Source: a bacterium (GTDB taxonomy: Bacteria; Patescibacteriota; Minisyncoccia; UBA6257; UBA9933). Taken from it: a DNA stretch of 64,000 bases. Below, piece after piece: positions 37,495 to 47,023 of this stretch. A program made the position numbers and the translations under genes. Each line of letters begins with the position of its first letter. Within the stretch, counting starts at the first letter, position 1. The notes under the pieces are model-generated. The model was not told the DNA's origin and ran no database searches. It saw only the letters and a list, made by a program, of their open reading frames with translations. The stretch spans positions 100,516 to 164,515 of the forward strand of contig JAJYHZ010000002.1 in NCBI GenBank assembly GCA_021796335.1. The letters run 5' to 3'.

Positions 37495-38016
37495 TCAATA
37501 TTCAATTCCTTTTTTCATGGAATGTTTGTCTTTCTGAAAAGGATGTTTGATTTCTTTCATTTCTGTCACAAGGTCAGCTTTTCTTATAAAACTTTTCGGC
37601 GCATTGCGACCGGTTAAAATAACATCTTTTTCTCCGGGAAGATTATTTAAAATTTTTAAAACATCATTGGCGGAAATTAATTTCAAATCAACCGCATTAT
37701 TCACCTCATCTAAAATTATTAAATCATTTTTCTTTTTAATCATTTTCTCGGCCAATATTAGTCCGTTTTTAGCGGCTTTTCTATGCTCAGAAAAGGGAAG
37801 CTTATCTCCGGCGATTTTTACAAAACCTTTGCCGGTTTTAATGATTTTTAAATTTTTTACCGCGGAGTTTTTTACAAAATAATCTTCGCCGCTGATCCAC
37901 GGTCCTTTGATAAACTGGATAACAACGGCTTTTTTATTCTGGCCCAAGGCCCGAATGGCCTGGCCGAGAGCCGCCGTAGTCTTCCCCTTGCCATTACCGG
38001 TAAAAATCATGATCAT
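37495..38016 (-). CDS. cobO: cob(I)yrinic acid a,c-diamide (corrinoid) adenosyltransferase CobA/CobO family
   Basis: MIMIFTGNGKGKTTAALGQAIRALG...VIQFIKG is the CobA P-loop signature. Start taken at M28 of the track ORF, whose N-terminal extension runs through the upstream palindrome. Confidence 0.7.
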   Translation of the reverse strand: MIMIFTGNGKGKTTAALGQAIRALGQNKKAVVIQFIKGPWISGEDYFVKNSAVKNLKIIKTGKGFVKIAGDKLPFSEHRKAAKNGLILAEKMIKKKNDLIILDEVNNAVDLKLISANDVLKILNNLPGEKDVILTGRNAPKSFIRKADLVTEMKEIKHPFQKDKHSMKKGIEY

Positions 38017-38051
38017 GAAAATAAATTTAAAAGAAAGTGCGGAAAAATACA

Positions 38052-38096
38052 AATCAAATTTTGAGCGATCGCTCAAAATTTGATTGGATATCCACA
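38052..38096 (+). repeat. palindrome plus DnaA-box element (copy 4, box variant ATATCCACA)
   Basis: AATCAAATTTTGAGCGATCGCTCAAAATTTGATT at 38052-38085, then GG, then ATATCCACA at 38088-38096. It lies about 50 bp upstream of the cobO start. Confidence 0.9.
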
Positions 38097-38116
38097 ATTA
38101 TAATGCGCACTAAGAA

Positions 38117-38140
38117 AATAACCCGCCACGGCGGGTTATT
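38117..38140. terminator. terminator hairpin AATAACCCGCC-ACG-GGCGGGTTATT
   Basis: Perfect stem followed by TTTTCTTTTTTT on the + strand. Confidence 0.6.
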
Positions 38141-38393
38141 TTCTTTTTTTGATTTTTATTTTTTCTTTTTTTGATTTTTTTGATTTTTGAGCGGCGACTT
38201 TAAGCCTTGCGGGATCAAGCGGAAATCTTTTTGACCAGATCAATTTGTCTTTCGCCGAATCTTCTTCATTCAACCTTACGCCCCTTTTGCCTTCTTTGTG
38301 ATAAACCGCGACTTCAATTATTACCTCGAAATTACTTATCAGGTAATCGATTATTTTTTGATCTATCTTTTGAATAATTGATTTTTCTGCCAT
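38136..38393 (-). CDS. hypothetical protein with Lys-rich tail
   Basis: 85-aa ORF with a KSKKSKKEKIKIKKRK C-terminus. No family assignable. Confidence 0.4.
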   Translation of the reverse strand: MAEKSIIQKIDQKIIDYLISNFEVIIEVAVYHKEGKRGVRLNEEDSAKDKLIWSKRFPLDPARLKVAAQKSKKSKKEKIKIKKRK

Positions 38394-38479
38394 ATTCCGA
38401 ATTATAGCAAATTTATACTGATGATGCCCTCGGTCGGAAATTTCGGCTCAGTAATCTTTCCGGAATTATTACGCCCGCG

Positions 38480-39769
38480 TTAATTTATGGATTTAAACGC
38501 CATCCAGAGATTCGCTTGTGTCCATAAAAGAGGCACCGCATCATTCGGAATGAATTTCCCTTTTTTCGGATAGTAAAGTTCCGGACATTTAAGCGCTTCA
38601 AATGCGCTGCCTTCTTCCGTCAACTGCCCCAATGATCTGTTGAAATAATAGGTTTGAAGTTTCCGATCGGATTCCCTGCGGTATTTTTCATATTTTAATC
38701 CGTAAATTATCGAGATAATCGGGTCGAAGATGCACCATTGCGCCTCTTCGCTGTTTTTAAATAAATTATCCCTTTTCGCGATATCGTCGCTGAAATCAAT
38801 CGTAAGCTCTTTACGTTCAAGTTTGTCTTTATAATCGGCCGCCCAAAAAGAATCGTTCAAATAGCGGCATATTCCGTATTCTCTTTGCAAGTGACTCATT
38901 ACCCCATTGAGAATTTTATCGGCCATATCTTCCGACACTACATTCATGGGGAAAATAAGAAAAAGAAGCGCGGCGTCAAAACACCTGTTTTTGCGCGGAT
39001 CGGATTGAATGCATTCGGCAGGCAGAATAGCTTCCAAACTTTTTTGTCCTTTGGCAATAAGATCTTCAAGAAATTTACCGGAAATGCTTTCGGACACGCA
39101 ACCGGGAAAAAACAATTCTTTTCGCCCTAGCAAGGCTCTGAGTTCAGTCAATCCACCAACAACGACACCGATGCTGGACGCTTCGACTTTGCGCGCCTCT
39201 TCCCAATGTCCGCTGTCTTCATCCTCCCAATACCGGATGGCTTTGAAATAAAGAGCAAAGAGCGGCAAAAGATTGCATTCTTCGGCGGTCATGACAATGT
39301 TTTGTTCATTATGAATTTTGCATAGGAACCAAATAAAATAGCCCAAGGCGTCATTTTCTGCGTGGGCCCATTTTTGGGGGATTTCGGATAAATCATTTCC
39401 ATTGAGCCGGATATGCGGCCGGTTCATCGGCTCATTGCAATCAAGTTCGCCCGATATGATTTTTTCAAAACGCCATTTGTTTTTGGTAAAATAATCGGCT
39501 AAAGTTTTAACGGTTTTTAAGGCTGTTTTCGTATCGCCGTTTAAATAGTGCGCGTAGGCAATATATATGTTGTCGCGTACCCAGACATTGCCGTATCCAG
39601 TGTAAAGATTTGAAGTTTTAAAGCTAGCCGCCGGAAAAAGCCCGTTAGGAAGAACAGGGAAAGAAAAAGTGCCATGCCGCATAAGAAGATTTCTGATATT
39701 TTGAAGATCTTCCGGCAAATACGCGTCTTTAATAAACCTTGATAATTCTTTGTTATGTATGATGGGCAT
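38480..39769 (-). CDS. glycoside hydrolase family 15-like (glucoamylase/trehalase-type (alpha/alpha)6 barrel) protein
   Basis: 429 aa. WVRDNIY, GYFIWFL and ENDALGYF motifs typical of the GH15 catalytic domain. Confidence 0.55.
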   Translation of the reverse strand: MPIIHNKELSRFIKDAYLPEDLQNIRNLLMRHGTFSFPVLPNGLFPAASFKTSNLYTGYGNVWVRDNIYIAYAHYLNGDTKTALKTVKTLADYFTKNKWRFEKIISGELDCNEPMNRPHIRLNGNDLSEIPQKWAHAENDALGYFIWFLCKIHNEQNIVMTAEECNLLPLFALYFKAIRYWEDEDSGHWEEARKVEASSIGVVVGGLTELRALLGRKELFFPGCVSESISGKFLEDLIAKGQKSLEAILPAECIQSDPRKNRCFDAALLFLIFPMNVVSEDMADKILNGVMSHLQREYGICRYLNDSFWAADYKDKLERKELTIDFSDDIAKRDNLFKNSEEAQWCIFDPIISIIYGLKYEKYRRESDRKLQTYYFNRSLGQLTEEGSAFEALKCPELYYPKKGKFIPNDAVPLLWTQANLWMAFKSIN

Positions 39770-39830
39770 TAATTAAAGTTTTTTCTGCACATAAATTTTG
39801 CAGCTTTTAAATGTCACGTAACACGCGACA

Positions 39831-39892
39831 CGCGCACGCAAATAAATTTGCATGCTCTGGCCCCAACTTCGTTGTGCCCAGGAGAGGATTCG
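39831..39892. repeat. 62-bp direct repeat copy 1 (3' 18 nt of tRNA-Leu(GAG) plus 44 bp of its downstream flank)
   Basis: Identical to 39973..40034. The 80-bp GC-rich spacer between the copies contains the hairpin ATCCGCCAAAGGCGGAT. Confidence 0.85.
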
Positions 39893-40016
39893 GCTACAAG
39901 TTTCGCTTCGCGAACTCGCAGCCCGCTCCTCGCATCCGCCAAAGGCGGATATGCTCCGGCCTTCGAATCTCTCGCGCACGCAAATAAATTTGCATGCTCT
40001 GGCCCCAACTTCGTTG

Positions 40017-40100
40017 TGCCCAGGAGAGGATTCGAACCTCCAAGCCCTTACGGGCGCTACCACCTCAAGGTAGTGCGTCTGCCAATTTCGCCACCTGGGC
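40017..40100 (-). tRNA. tRNA-Leu(GAG)
   Basis: Reverse complement folds as GCCCAGG acceptor, anticodon loop TTGAGGT (GAG), long variable arm, GGTTCGAATCC T-arm. Confidence 0.85.
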
Positions 40101-40159
40101 AAACATAATAATCTAAAATTTAAAATGAAAAATTGAAAATTGCAAATAAATTTCACAAA

Positions 40160-40183
40160 AAATCCCGCCGAAGCGGGATTTAT
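40160..40183. terminator. terminator hairpin AAATCCCGC-CGAA-GCGGGATTT
   Basis: Downstream of the rplS stop. Confidence 0.6.
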
Positions 40184-40185
40184 TC

Positions 40186-40509
40186 TTATGCGGCAACTCC
40201 GATTTTTTCCCGAGATTTCTTTTTTGATAAACCTCTTAAGAAATAAAGTTTTGCTCTGCGTATTTTTTTTGGAGAATTTACAATTTCAACTTTGGAAATC
40301 ATCGGGGTATTGAACGGATAGATTTTTTCCACTCCGACTCCGTCGATAACCGAACGCACCGTAAAAGTAGCTCCGATTTCTCTGCCGTGTTTAATTCCTA
40401 GAACAACTCCCTGAAATTTACTGATTCTTTCCTTGTCTCCTTCTTTGATTCTTTCCCAGACGCGGACTGTCGCTCCGGCTTTGATTTTGTTGGCTATTTC
40501 TTTATCCAT
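40186..40509 (-). CDS. rplS: 50S ribosomal protein L19
   Basis: MDKEIANKIKAGATVRVWERIKEGDKERISKFQGVVLGIKHGREIGATFTVR is the L19 signature. Start taken at MDKEI. Confidence 0.85.
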   Translation of the reverse strand: MDKEIANKIKAGATVRVWERIKEGDKERISKFQGVVLGIKHGREIGATFTVRSVIDGVGVEKIYPFNTPMISKVEIVNSPKKIRRAKLYFLRGLSKKKSREKIGVAA

Positions 40510-40668
40510 AGAATTTATGAATTGCTTAAATATAGTAATCGATAATACGATAATTGTCAAAATTGATTGCTATTTGAAAATAAAATAACCGATTATTATT
40601 TGACAAAAATTATTTATGATGTTAATTTTCATCCAGTTTATTTAACAAATAAGCCGGGAGGAATATGG

Positions 40669-41169
40669 ATGGAAATCGACGGATTTTTACTAGATGTTTT
40701 TGAAAAAATTTCTCAGTGGATTCAAATGATGTTCGGGATAATTTGTTTTCGGATCGCAGCAGAGCTGTATATCGGAGCGCTGGTTTTTAATATAGTTGAT
40801 AATGCTATATTTATTTTAAAACACTACTCAATATTTACACTAACGCTCTGTCTCATAGACATTATTACCTCTCTGATATTTGTTACTGCATGTATCCTGG
40901 TAAATAAAGTTATACAACAGATATGGGAAAAAGAAAGGGGGTTTTTGAATTATGGGCGTTTAAAACTGATGCCCATTCGTCTGCTTCTTTTAGTGATTAC
41001 ATTGATACAAATCCGAGGAAGTATCTTTGATTTGATGGACTGGATTTTCCTGACGGCAGGAATGTATTTTACTTCCTGCACGCCGCTCTCGCCCCGTAAA
41101 AGCAAGGCGCGGGAATGGCTGGATTCTTGGAAAACAAAACTTGTGCCGGCTCCGATGCCGGCAAAATAA
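40669..41169 (+). CDS. hypothetical polytopic membrane protein
   Basis: GGGAGGA Shine-Dalgarno 9 nt before ATG (MEIDGFLLDVFEK...). 4-5 TM helices. Terminator GGGCGGGG..CCCGCCC plus T-run at 41182-41213. Confidence 0.45.
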   Translation: MEIDGFLLDVFEKISQWIQMMFGIICFRIAAELYIGALVFNIVDNAIFILKHYSIFTLTLCLIDIITSLIFVTACILVNKVIQQIWEKERGFLNYGRLKLMPIRLLLLVITLIQIRGSIFDLMDWIFLTAGMYFTSCTPLSPRKSKAREWLDSWKTKLVPAPMPAK

Positions 41170-41210
41170 ACTGGTCCGTAGAGGGCGGGGTTTTATCCCG
41201 CCCTTATTTT

Positions 41211-41957
41211 TTAATAATTTGATTCCAATCCATCCAGAATGTTTTTTAAACTTTTCGGCAGTTCGAATTCCAATTTCATTTTCCGGCCGGATTCAGGCGG
41301 GAATTCCAAAGATTGCGCGTGAAGAAACTGGCGGTCTAAGCCAAAATATTCTTTTGATAAATTGAGGAATCTTTTCCCGCCGTATAAAGTATCACCGACA
41401 ACCGGATGTCCGATTGCGGCCATATGAACTCTTATCTGATGAGTGCGGCCGGTTAAAGGAGAAACCTCAACCAAGGTCAATGATTTTTCTTCTTTATTTT
41501 TTTGAAATTTATAAAATTTAAGAGCTTTATATTCTGTGATAGCTTCTTTGGTCATTTTCCCGCCATAAACAGTTCGTTTAGTTGTGCCGGGTTTTAAACT
41601 AATTGGCTTATTAATTATTCCTTTTTCGCCGATCGGCAATTTTACTTTTCCCCAAACCAAAGCCAGGTAATTTTTGCGCACTTTTTTGGTTTGGAAAAGA
41701 TTTTTTAGATATTCGAAATATTTTTGATTGCGGGCGATTATGATAATTCCGGAAGTGTCTTTATCTAAACGATGGACGATTCCGGGACGATTTTCTTTAT
41801 CATCGCCGACGTTTTTAACCTCCGGATATTTCCCCAAAATAAAATCAACCAAAGTTTTTTCTTTTTGTTTTGAAACAGCTGTTTTGTGCACCAAAAGGCC
41901 TGCAGGCTTGTTAACCGCGATAAAATTTTTTGATTCGTAAATAATCTGCGGATCCAT
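41211..41957 (-). CDS. RluA-family pseudouridine synthase (no S4 domain)
   Basis: HRLDKDTSGIIIIARN catalytic motif. 248 aa. Confidence 0.8.
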   Translation of the reverse strand: MDPQIIYESKNFIAVNKPAGLLVHKTAVSKQKEKTLVDFILGKYPEVKNVGDDKENRPGIVHRLDKDTSGIIIIARNQKYFEYLKNLFQTKKVRKNYLALVWGKVKLPIGEKGIINKPISLKPGTTKRTVYGGKMTKEAITEYKALKFYKFQKNKEEKSLTLVEVSPLTGRTHQIRVHMAAIGHPVVGDTLYGGKRFLNLSKEYFGLDRQFLHAQSLEFPPESGRKMKLEFELPKSLKNILDGLESNY

Positions 41958-42033
41958 AAGTTAATTTTAGAATAAAAATTGAAAATATAAATGAGACGGG
42001 GCGCCTTGCGGGCGCCCTTTTGGAAAAAAGATA

Positions 42034-42405
42034 TTACAAGCTCCCCAGAAAAATCGGGGAGAATTTAAGCTCGTGGCTTATGAGATGAAGGCCGTGCTTC
42101 AGCTTTTTGAGCGAGTCGTTTGATAACCGCTCCTTCAGCTGATCAAGGCATGCGATGATTTTGAGAAGAAAGGCGAGGAAAATTTCTTTCGCCTTTTTTA
42201 AATGCGTTACCGCACTGACAAGCGGCGGGGAAATGGCGACGCCGGCGATCCTGGTTATCCGGGAGGTTTCCCGGAAATGATGCTTGATGCGCTCCAATGT
42301 GTGTATTTCCGTAAAACAAGGGATACACACATTGCCCTTTGTTACTTTTTTTACAACTTCAACCTTCTCTCCACATGCACTACAAGCATACTTTTTTCTT
42401 TTCAA
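42034..42405 (-). CDS. hypothetical protein with N-terminal zinc-ribbon
   Basis: CSACGEKV...CIPC at the N-terminus. 123 aa. Confidence 0.4.
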   Translation of the reverse strand: MKRKKYACSACGEKVEVVKKVTKGNVCIPCFTEIHTLERIKHHFRETSRITRIAGVAISPPLVSAVTHLKKAKEIFLAFLLKIIACLDQLKERLSNDSLKKLKHGLHLISHELKFSPIFLGSL

Positions 42406-42911
42406 ATCAACAACCTCCTCTTTCTTATAATATAGCCGCTGAAAAAGCTTCTTTTAAAATAAATTTATTTAGATTTTATGTCAATACCACACTTTTAAAT
42501 TTCTATTCGAATGATAGATAATCTTCGTTTTTTTAGATAACCGTTTATTTCTGTATTTATATTACGTTTAATGCGGAATAAATAAAAAAGGCGGCCGCTG
42601 CGCGTTGCTCACGCACCCCCGGGCCGCCTTGGATAAAAACTATGAAAACATTTGGAGTTAAGTAAGGGCGGGAAAAACATTTTCTCCACTGACGCCGAGA
42701 ATAGACGTCAATTTCGATATCAGTAGCAGGATTTTTTTCTTTCTTTTGCCCTTAATCCTAAACTGTTCCCAGTCCTTTTTAAGGGCAGTGATGCAATCTT
42801 GCGGAGCGCCTGAAGACCTCGCGTCCGCTCAATATACCATGAAGGCACCTCGACCTTAACGGTAGTGCCCTTAAGCAAGTTGAGCAGTTCTTTCAGCACA
42901 GTAGGGGCATT

Positions 42912-43331
42912 TCATCGCATACCCCTTTTTTCATTTTCTTCCATCTCGGCCTGGCAATCACAGCAAAGTCTGACTGCCGGGCTGTGCGTAAGCCTCCTGA
43001 TTGATATATCCTCACCACACTCCTCGCAAATACCGAAGAGTGCACCACCAGCCTTGAACTTTTTGAACTTCTCGATGGCGGCTTCGATTGCAACAATCTG
43101 GTTGCGGAGGAGGCGCTCTCTCCGCATATTGACCTCAGGCAAAGCAATGGCGTTGCCTTTGTCGGGTTCAGTCACTTTGGTCGCCTCTTTGATTTGATCC
43201 TTGGCATCCCTACGGATGCCAACATATTCGGCCCGGGTTTTCTCAAGTAAATTTTGAAGGCCAGCTCCGACTTGTCTTAGTGATTCTTCCCGATTTGTCC
43301 TTGATGAATGTGTGGTTGGAGCCTGAGGCAT
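42912..43331 (-). CDS. DksA/TraR-family C4 zinc-finger protein
   Basis: C-terminal ICEECGEDISIRRLTHSPAVRLCCDCQ is the DksA/TraR zinc-finger signature, with a coiled-coil N-terminal part. Local GC is higher than the flanks. Confidence 0.6.
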   Translation of the reverse strand: MPQAPTTHSSRTNREESLRQVGAGLQNLLEKTRAEYVGIRRDAKDQIKEATKVTEPDKGNAIALPEVNMRRERLLRNQIVAIEAAIEKFKKFKAGGALFGICEECGEDISIRRLTHSPAVRLCCDCQAEMEENEKRGMR

Positions 43332-43604
43332 ACGACCTCCTTTTCGATCCTTAGAGAATTAATACAAGCAAGCAAGCGACTCCTCTCTAAATTTTCCCTC
43401 CTTCCTTAAAAAAGATTTAAACAACTTTTTTTATTATGTCTCACTTTTTAAAAAAGTCAATTAATTTTGTGCACAAATTTATATTTTGAGCCGCGTATAG
43501 CGGACAAAGACTTTTTGCGACTATTCAAAATTTTATCCAGGCTAAAACCAAAACCGGCCATAAAAGCCGGCTTTGATTTATAAAATAATTTTATGGAATT
43601 ATTT

Positions 43605-44211
43605 TTATTGCCCTTGCTGAGAACTAAGCTGCGCCTGCAAATCTCTGATCATCTGAAGAATATTGTCGATTTGCTGTTGAATATTGGAAACATTCTTCTG
43701 TTGATAAGAAATGTCATTGACCTGAGAAACAGCGATGATATGAGTTGATTCATTGAAGTTTCCACTTGCGCTTAGTATGTCGCCAGCCTGGATATCGCCT
43801 ATGGCAATTGTATTTCCGCCGGCGATCAATTTAGCATTACCGAGATTAATATCCCTGCTGAATCCGTAAAAACTGACGTTTACGGTATTGGTTGAAGATG
43901 CAACAGAATTAACCTTGACTCCGGTGACTTTGAAATCTCCGTTGGCATTCATTGTAACCGACTCCTGGGTGGAATTATTATCTTCCGAATCGCTGCGGCC
44001 TCTGGCGATAGCGCTGACGATACTGCCGATTCCTTTATCTTCGCCCTGGCTTTGTTCAATTGCCTTTACTGCATGGCCAATACCCATTTCCGATTGGGTG
44101 CTTGTCACGTTTCCGCCGTTCTCGTTATCGGCATGGGATTTGTTTACGGGAAAAACAACCAACGCAGAAACAGCGGCCAAAGAAACCAACCCCGCTATTA
44201 AATATTTTTTC
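43605..44211 (-). CDS. hypothetical secreted protein
   Basis: Signal peptide MKKYLIAGLVSLAAVSALVVFPVNKSHA. Ser/Asn/Thr-rich, C-terminal coiled-coil QQQIDNILQMIRDLQAQL. Confidence 0.5.
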
Positions 44212-44341
44212 ATCTCGCACATAATTTCGTCAATAAATTGCACAAAAACCATTTTATGCAGTTTATATAAGAAATGATTTAATTTTATTTACGACTTTAT
44301 ATATTTATAAACGTTTTAATTATACAAAATATTACAAAACA

Positions 44342-44367
44342 AAACAGCCCGCCAAGGCGGGCTGTTT
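44342..44367. terminator. bidirectional terminator AAACAGCCCGCC-AA-GGCGGGCTGTTT
   Basis: Perfect 12-bp stem with T-runs on both sides, downstream of rpsA. Confidence 0.7.
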
Positions 44368-44377
44368 TTTTCTTTTT

Positions 44378-45469
44378 CTATTTCTTTAATTTCAGAGAAA
44401 TTCTTTTTTCTTCCGGTTTAATTGATTCGACCGTAAAGTCATATTTCTTCCCGGCTTCGAGATTCTTTTTCAACTCCTCAGGAGACCCGAAATCGGAGAC
44501 ATGGACCGCGCCGTAAAGATCGCTTCCCAAATCAATGTAGGCTCCAAACGGATTGATTTTATAAACAGTTCCGGGAACTTCCTGGCCTTCTTTAAATTTA
44601 TCGGAAGCGGTTTCCCACGGATTCGTTTTTAAAGCCTTCAAAGAAAGAAAAACTTTGTCGTCTTTTATTTCAATGATTTTAGCTTTTACAACCTCGTCGA
44701 TTTTAACTATTTCTTTCGGATTATCGATTAATCTCCAATCAAGCTCGGAAATATGAATCAATCCCTCAATGCTCGGATTATCAACGAATTTGACGAACGC
44801 GCCGAAGTCGGCGATTCCGGAAATAACGCCTTCAATCACATCTCCTTCTTTGTATTTGCTAAGCAACTCTTTCATATTTTCTCCGACAGCTTCTTTCTCG
44901 GAAATGATCAATTTATTCGTTCTCGGGTTGATATCGATAATTTTCACGGGCAATTCCTGTCCGACGAATTTCTTCAATTCATTCAAAATTTTGCTCTGCT
45001 CCCCTTTTTCGATGCGAGGATAATGCTCGGTCGAAAGCTGTGAAACCGGCAAAAACGCTTTAACATTATGGAGGTCGGCAACCAAACCGCCGTTATTCGC
45101 TCCTTTGATTTTAATCAGAATAGGCTCGTCTTTTTCTTTAAGCTCTTTCAGAATATCCCAATTCTTTTGTTCTTGGGCATTAACCAAAGAAAGCTCAATT
45201 TGGCCTTCTTCATTTTCCAAATCAACAATTTTAGCGCTGATTTTATCGCCGATGCCAAGATTTTTAATGATGCTTTTGGCATTGATTAATTCGGAGCCGT
45301 AAACAATTCCGGTTCCAAACTTCTCTATGTCGAAATAAGCGGCTCGGGAATTTCTAGCCAAAAGTTTAGCCTCAATCAAATCGCCTTCTTTCAAAAAAGA
45401 GATTAGATTGGGTTCATTTTTGACAAGCTGACCCATTGCCGAATTTTTATTTTCAGGCATTGTAACCAT
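44378..45469 (-). CDS. rpsA: 30S ribosomal protein S1 (four S1 domains)
   Basis: Repeated S1 OB-fold motifs (GxV..I..FGAFV..). 363 aa, the short S1 form. Confidence 0.85.
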   Translation of the reverse strand: MVTMPENKNSAMGQLVKNEPNLISFLKEGDLIEAKLLARNSRAAYFDIEKFGTGIVYGSELINAKSIIKNLGIGDKISAKIVDLENEEGQIELSLVNAQEQKNWDILKELKEKDEPILIKIKGANNGGLVADLHNVKAFLPVSQLSTEHYPRIEKGEQSKILNELKKFVGQELPVKIIDINPRTNKLIISEKEAVGENMKELLSKYKEGDVIEGVISGIADFGAFVKFVDNPSIEGLIHISELDWRLIDNPKEIVKIDEVVKAKIIEIKDDKVFLSLKALKTNPWETASDKFKEGQEVPGTVYKINPFGAYIDLGSDLYGAVHVSDFGSPEELKKNLEAGKKYDFTVESIKPEEKRISLKLKK

Positions 45470-45730
45470 ACTAAAAATATCCGCAGCTTAGCCGCGGAAT
45501 GGCCATTTAGGGAGTTCTGCTCTTCTAAATAGCAGGTTGCGACTTGCAGACTACTTCCGAATAACATTTTGTCCCCTTTGCTTATGTTTCGGCTGCGGCT
45601 TTGCAAAAATTTTTCAATAATATTCTATATTAAATTGAAAATTTTTCGCCTCGCCTCGCTCGAAATATAAATCAAAACCATTCAAAAGCTTATTCGGAAG
45701 TAGTCTGCTTAAAATTTAACGCAAATTTAT

Positions 45731-45759
45731 TTGAAAATCAAGGAAAAACCGTGTATAAT
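45731..45759 (+). promoter_or_regulatory. sigma70-type promoter TTGAAA-N17-TATAAT
   Basis: TTGAAA at 45731-45736 and TATAAT at 45754-45759, about 115 nt upstream of the UPF0173 gene. Confidence 0.5.
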
Positions 45760-45876
45760 TTAACGGAATACTAATATACAAATACGTGCAAATGCGGTAA
45801 ATAGTGCGAAAATCAGCTTTTATTCGTGTGATTTGTATCATTTGTACTAATTTGTAGATTGGTATTATATTTTTTT

Positions 45877-46497
45877 ATGATTGTAACTTTTTACGGAGAA
45901 AATTGTTTTAAAATCCAGGCAGGAGACCTTTCCATAATAACGGATCCGTTTGACAACCAAATAGGGCTTACTCCTCCGCGATTCAAATATGATGCAATTA
46001 TCAGAACTTTAACCAAGTTTCCTCAGCCGGAAAACGATTCCAACGCAATAAACATTTTCGGACCGGGCGAATATAATTTTAAAGAAACGAATGTCAACGG
46101 ATTTTTATCGGAAAACGAAACCGGCGAAAAATTTTTAAAAACGATTTATACGGCGGAAATAGAAAAAATAAAATTCGCCTTTTTGGGACATCTATCGGAA
46201 ATGCCAAATCCGTCAGTAATGGAGCATCTGGAAGAAATCGATATTTTAATTTTTCCGGCCGGAGGAAAACCATTTGTCGACCAGAAAGCGGCAACGAAAT
46301 TAATTAGACAAATTCAGCCGAAAATCGCCATTCCCGCCCTATATAAAGTTCCGGGATTAAAAAGACAGGCGGACGATCTGAAAGTATTTTTGGAAGAATT
46401 TAATCACGGTAAATCGGAATCGACCGACAAACTGACAATCAAAAAAAAGGACTTGACCGGAATAAAGCCGACGCAAATAACGATACTACAGATATAA
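45877..46497 (+). CDS. UPF0173-type metal-dependent hydrolase (MBL fold)
   Basis: MIVTFYGENCFKIQAGDLSIITDPF N-terminus typical of UPF0173/YtkL-like MBL hydrolases. Confidence 0.65.
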   Translation: MIVTFYGENCFKIQAGDLSIITDPFDNQIGLTPPRFKYDAIIRTLTKFPQPENDSNAINIFGPGEYNFKETNVNGFLSENETGEKFLKTIYTAEIEKIKFAFLGHLSEMPNPSVMEHLEEIDILIFPAGGKPFVDQKAATKLIRQIQPKIAIPALYKVPGLKRQADDLKVFLEEFNHGKSESTDKLTIKKKDLTGIKPTQITILQI

Positions 46498-46597
46498 TTT
46501 CTAGTTATTTTAATTATTCTGATTTATAAGAAATAAATAATTATGAATGATGCGGTTAGAATTAGGTCAATTAGAATAATTAGTAATTAGTTATTTT

Positions 46598-46918
46598 ATG
46601 CTAAAAAATCAGTTGGAAAAAATACAAAATTCCGACGAACAAACGAAAAAGAAATGGCTGATAATCATGAGCGGTATTTCGATGCTAATCATAATAATTA
46701 TTTGGCTTTTTTACATGACAAGTCTTGTTTCAAATACGGCGCAGAGTGAAACGCAAACAGACAATTCAGGAACGGGATTCTGGCAAATATTTAAAACAGG
46801 TCTGACGGTAATCGGAAATAATGTTGAAGAAAAAGCCGGCAATGTAATTTCAAAAATCGGCGACAAGATTCCTTTTCTTGACTCGGAAAAGAAAATAACG
46901 ATTCAAACGCCACAATAA
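46598..46918 (+). CDS. hypothetical membrane-anchored protein
   Basis: 106 aa. One TM helix (WLIIMSGISMLIIIIIWLFYM), then a soluble tail. Confidence 0.4.
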   Translation: MLKNQLEKIQNSDEQTKKKWLIIMSGISMLIIIIIWLFYMTSLVSNTAQSETQTDNSGTGFWQIFKTGLTVIGNNVEEKAGNVISKIGDKIPFLDSEKKITIQTPQ

Positions 46919-47023
46919 TCACAAACAAACACGAATCGCGAAATTTAAATGAAACGAATTTTATAAATATATATCCGTGATTCGTGAAAATTAATTATCA
47001 ATTCATGTAAAAATAGTTAAAAA

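Noticed and set aside
39773-40156. ORFs 39773..40156 (-), 39814..40008 (-), 39848..40108 (+), 39852..40073 (+)
   Set aside because: The region is a tRNA-Leu(GAG) gene plus a 62-bp direct repeat and a GC-rich spacer. The translations are low-complexity and overlap the tRNA.
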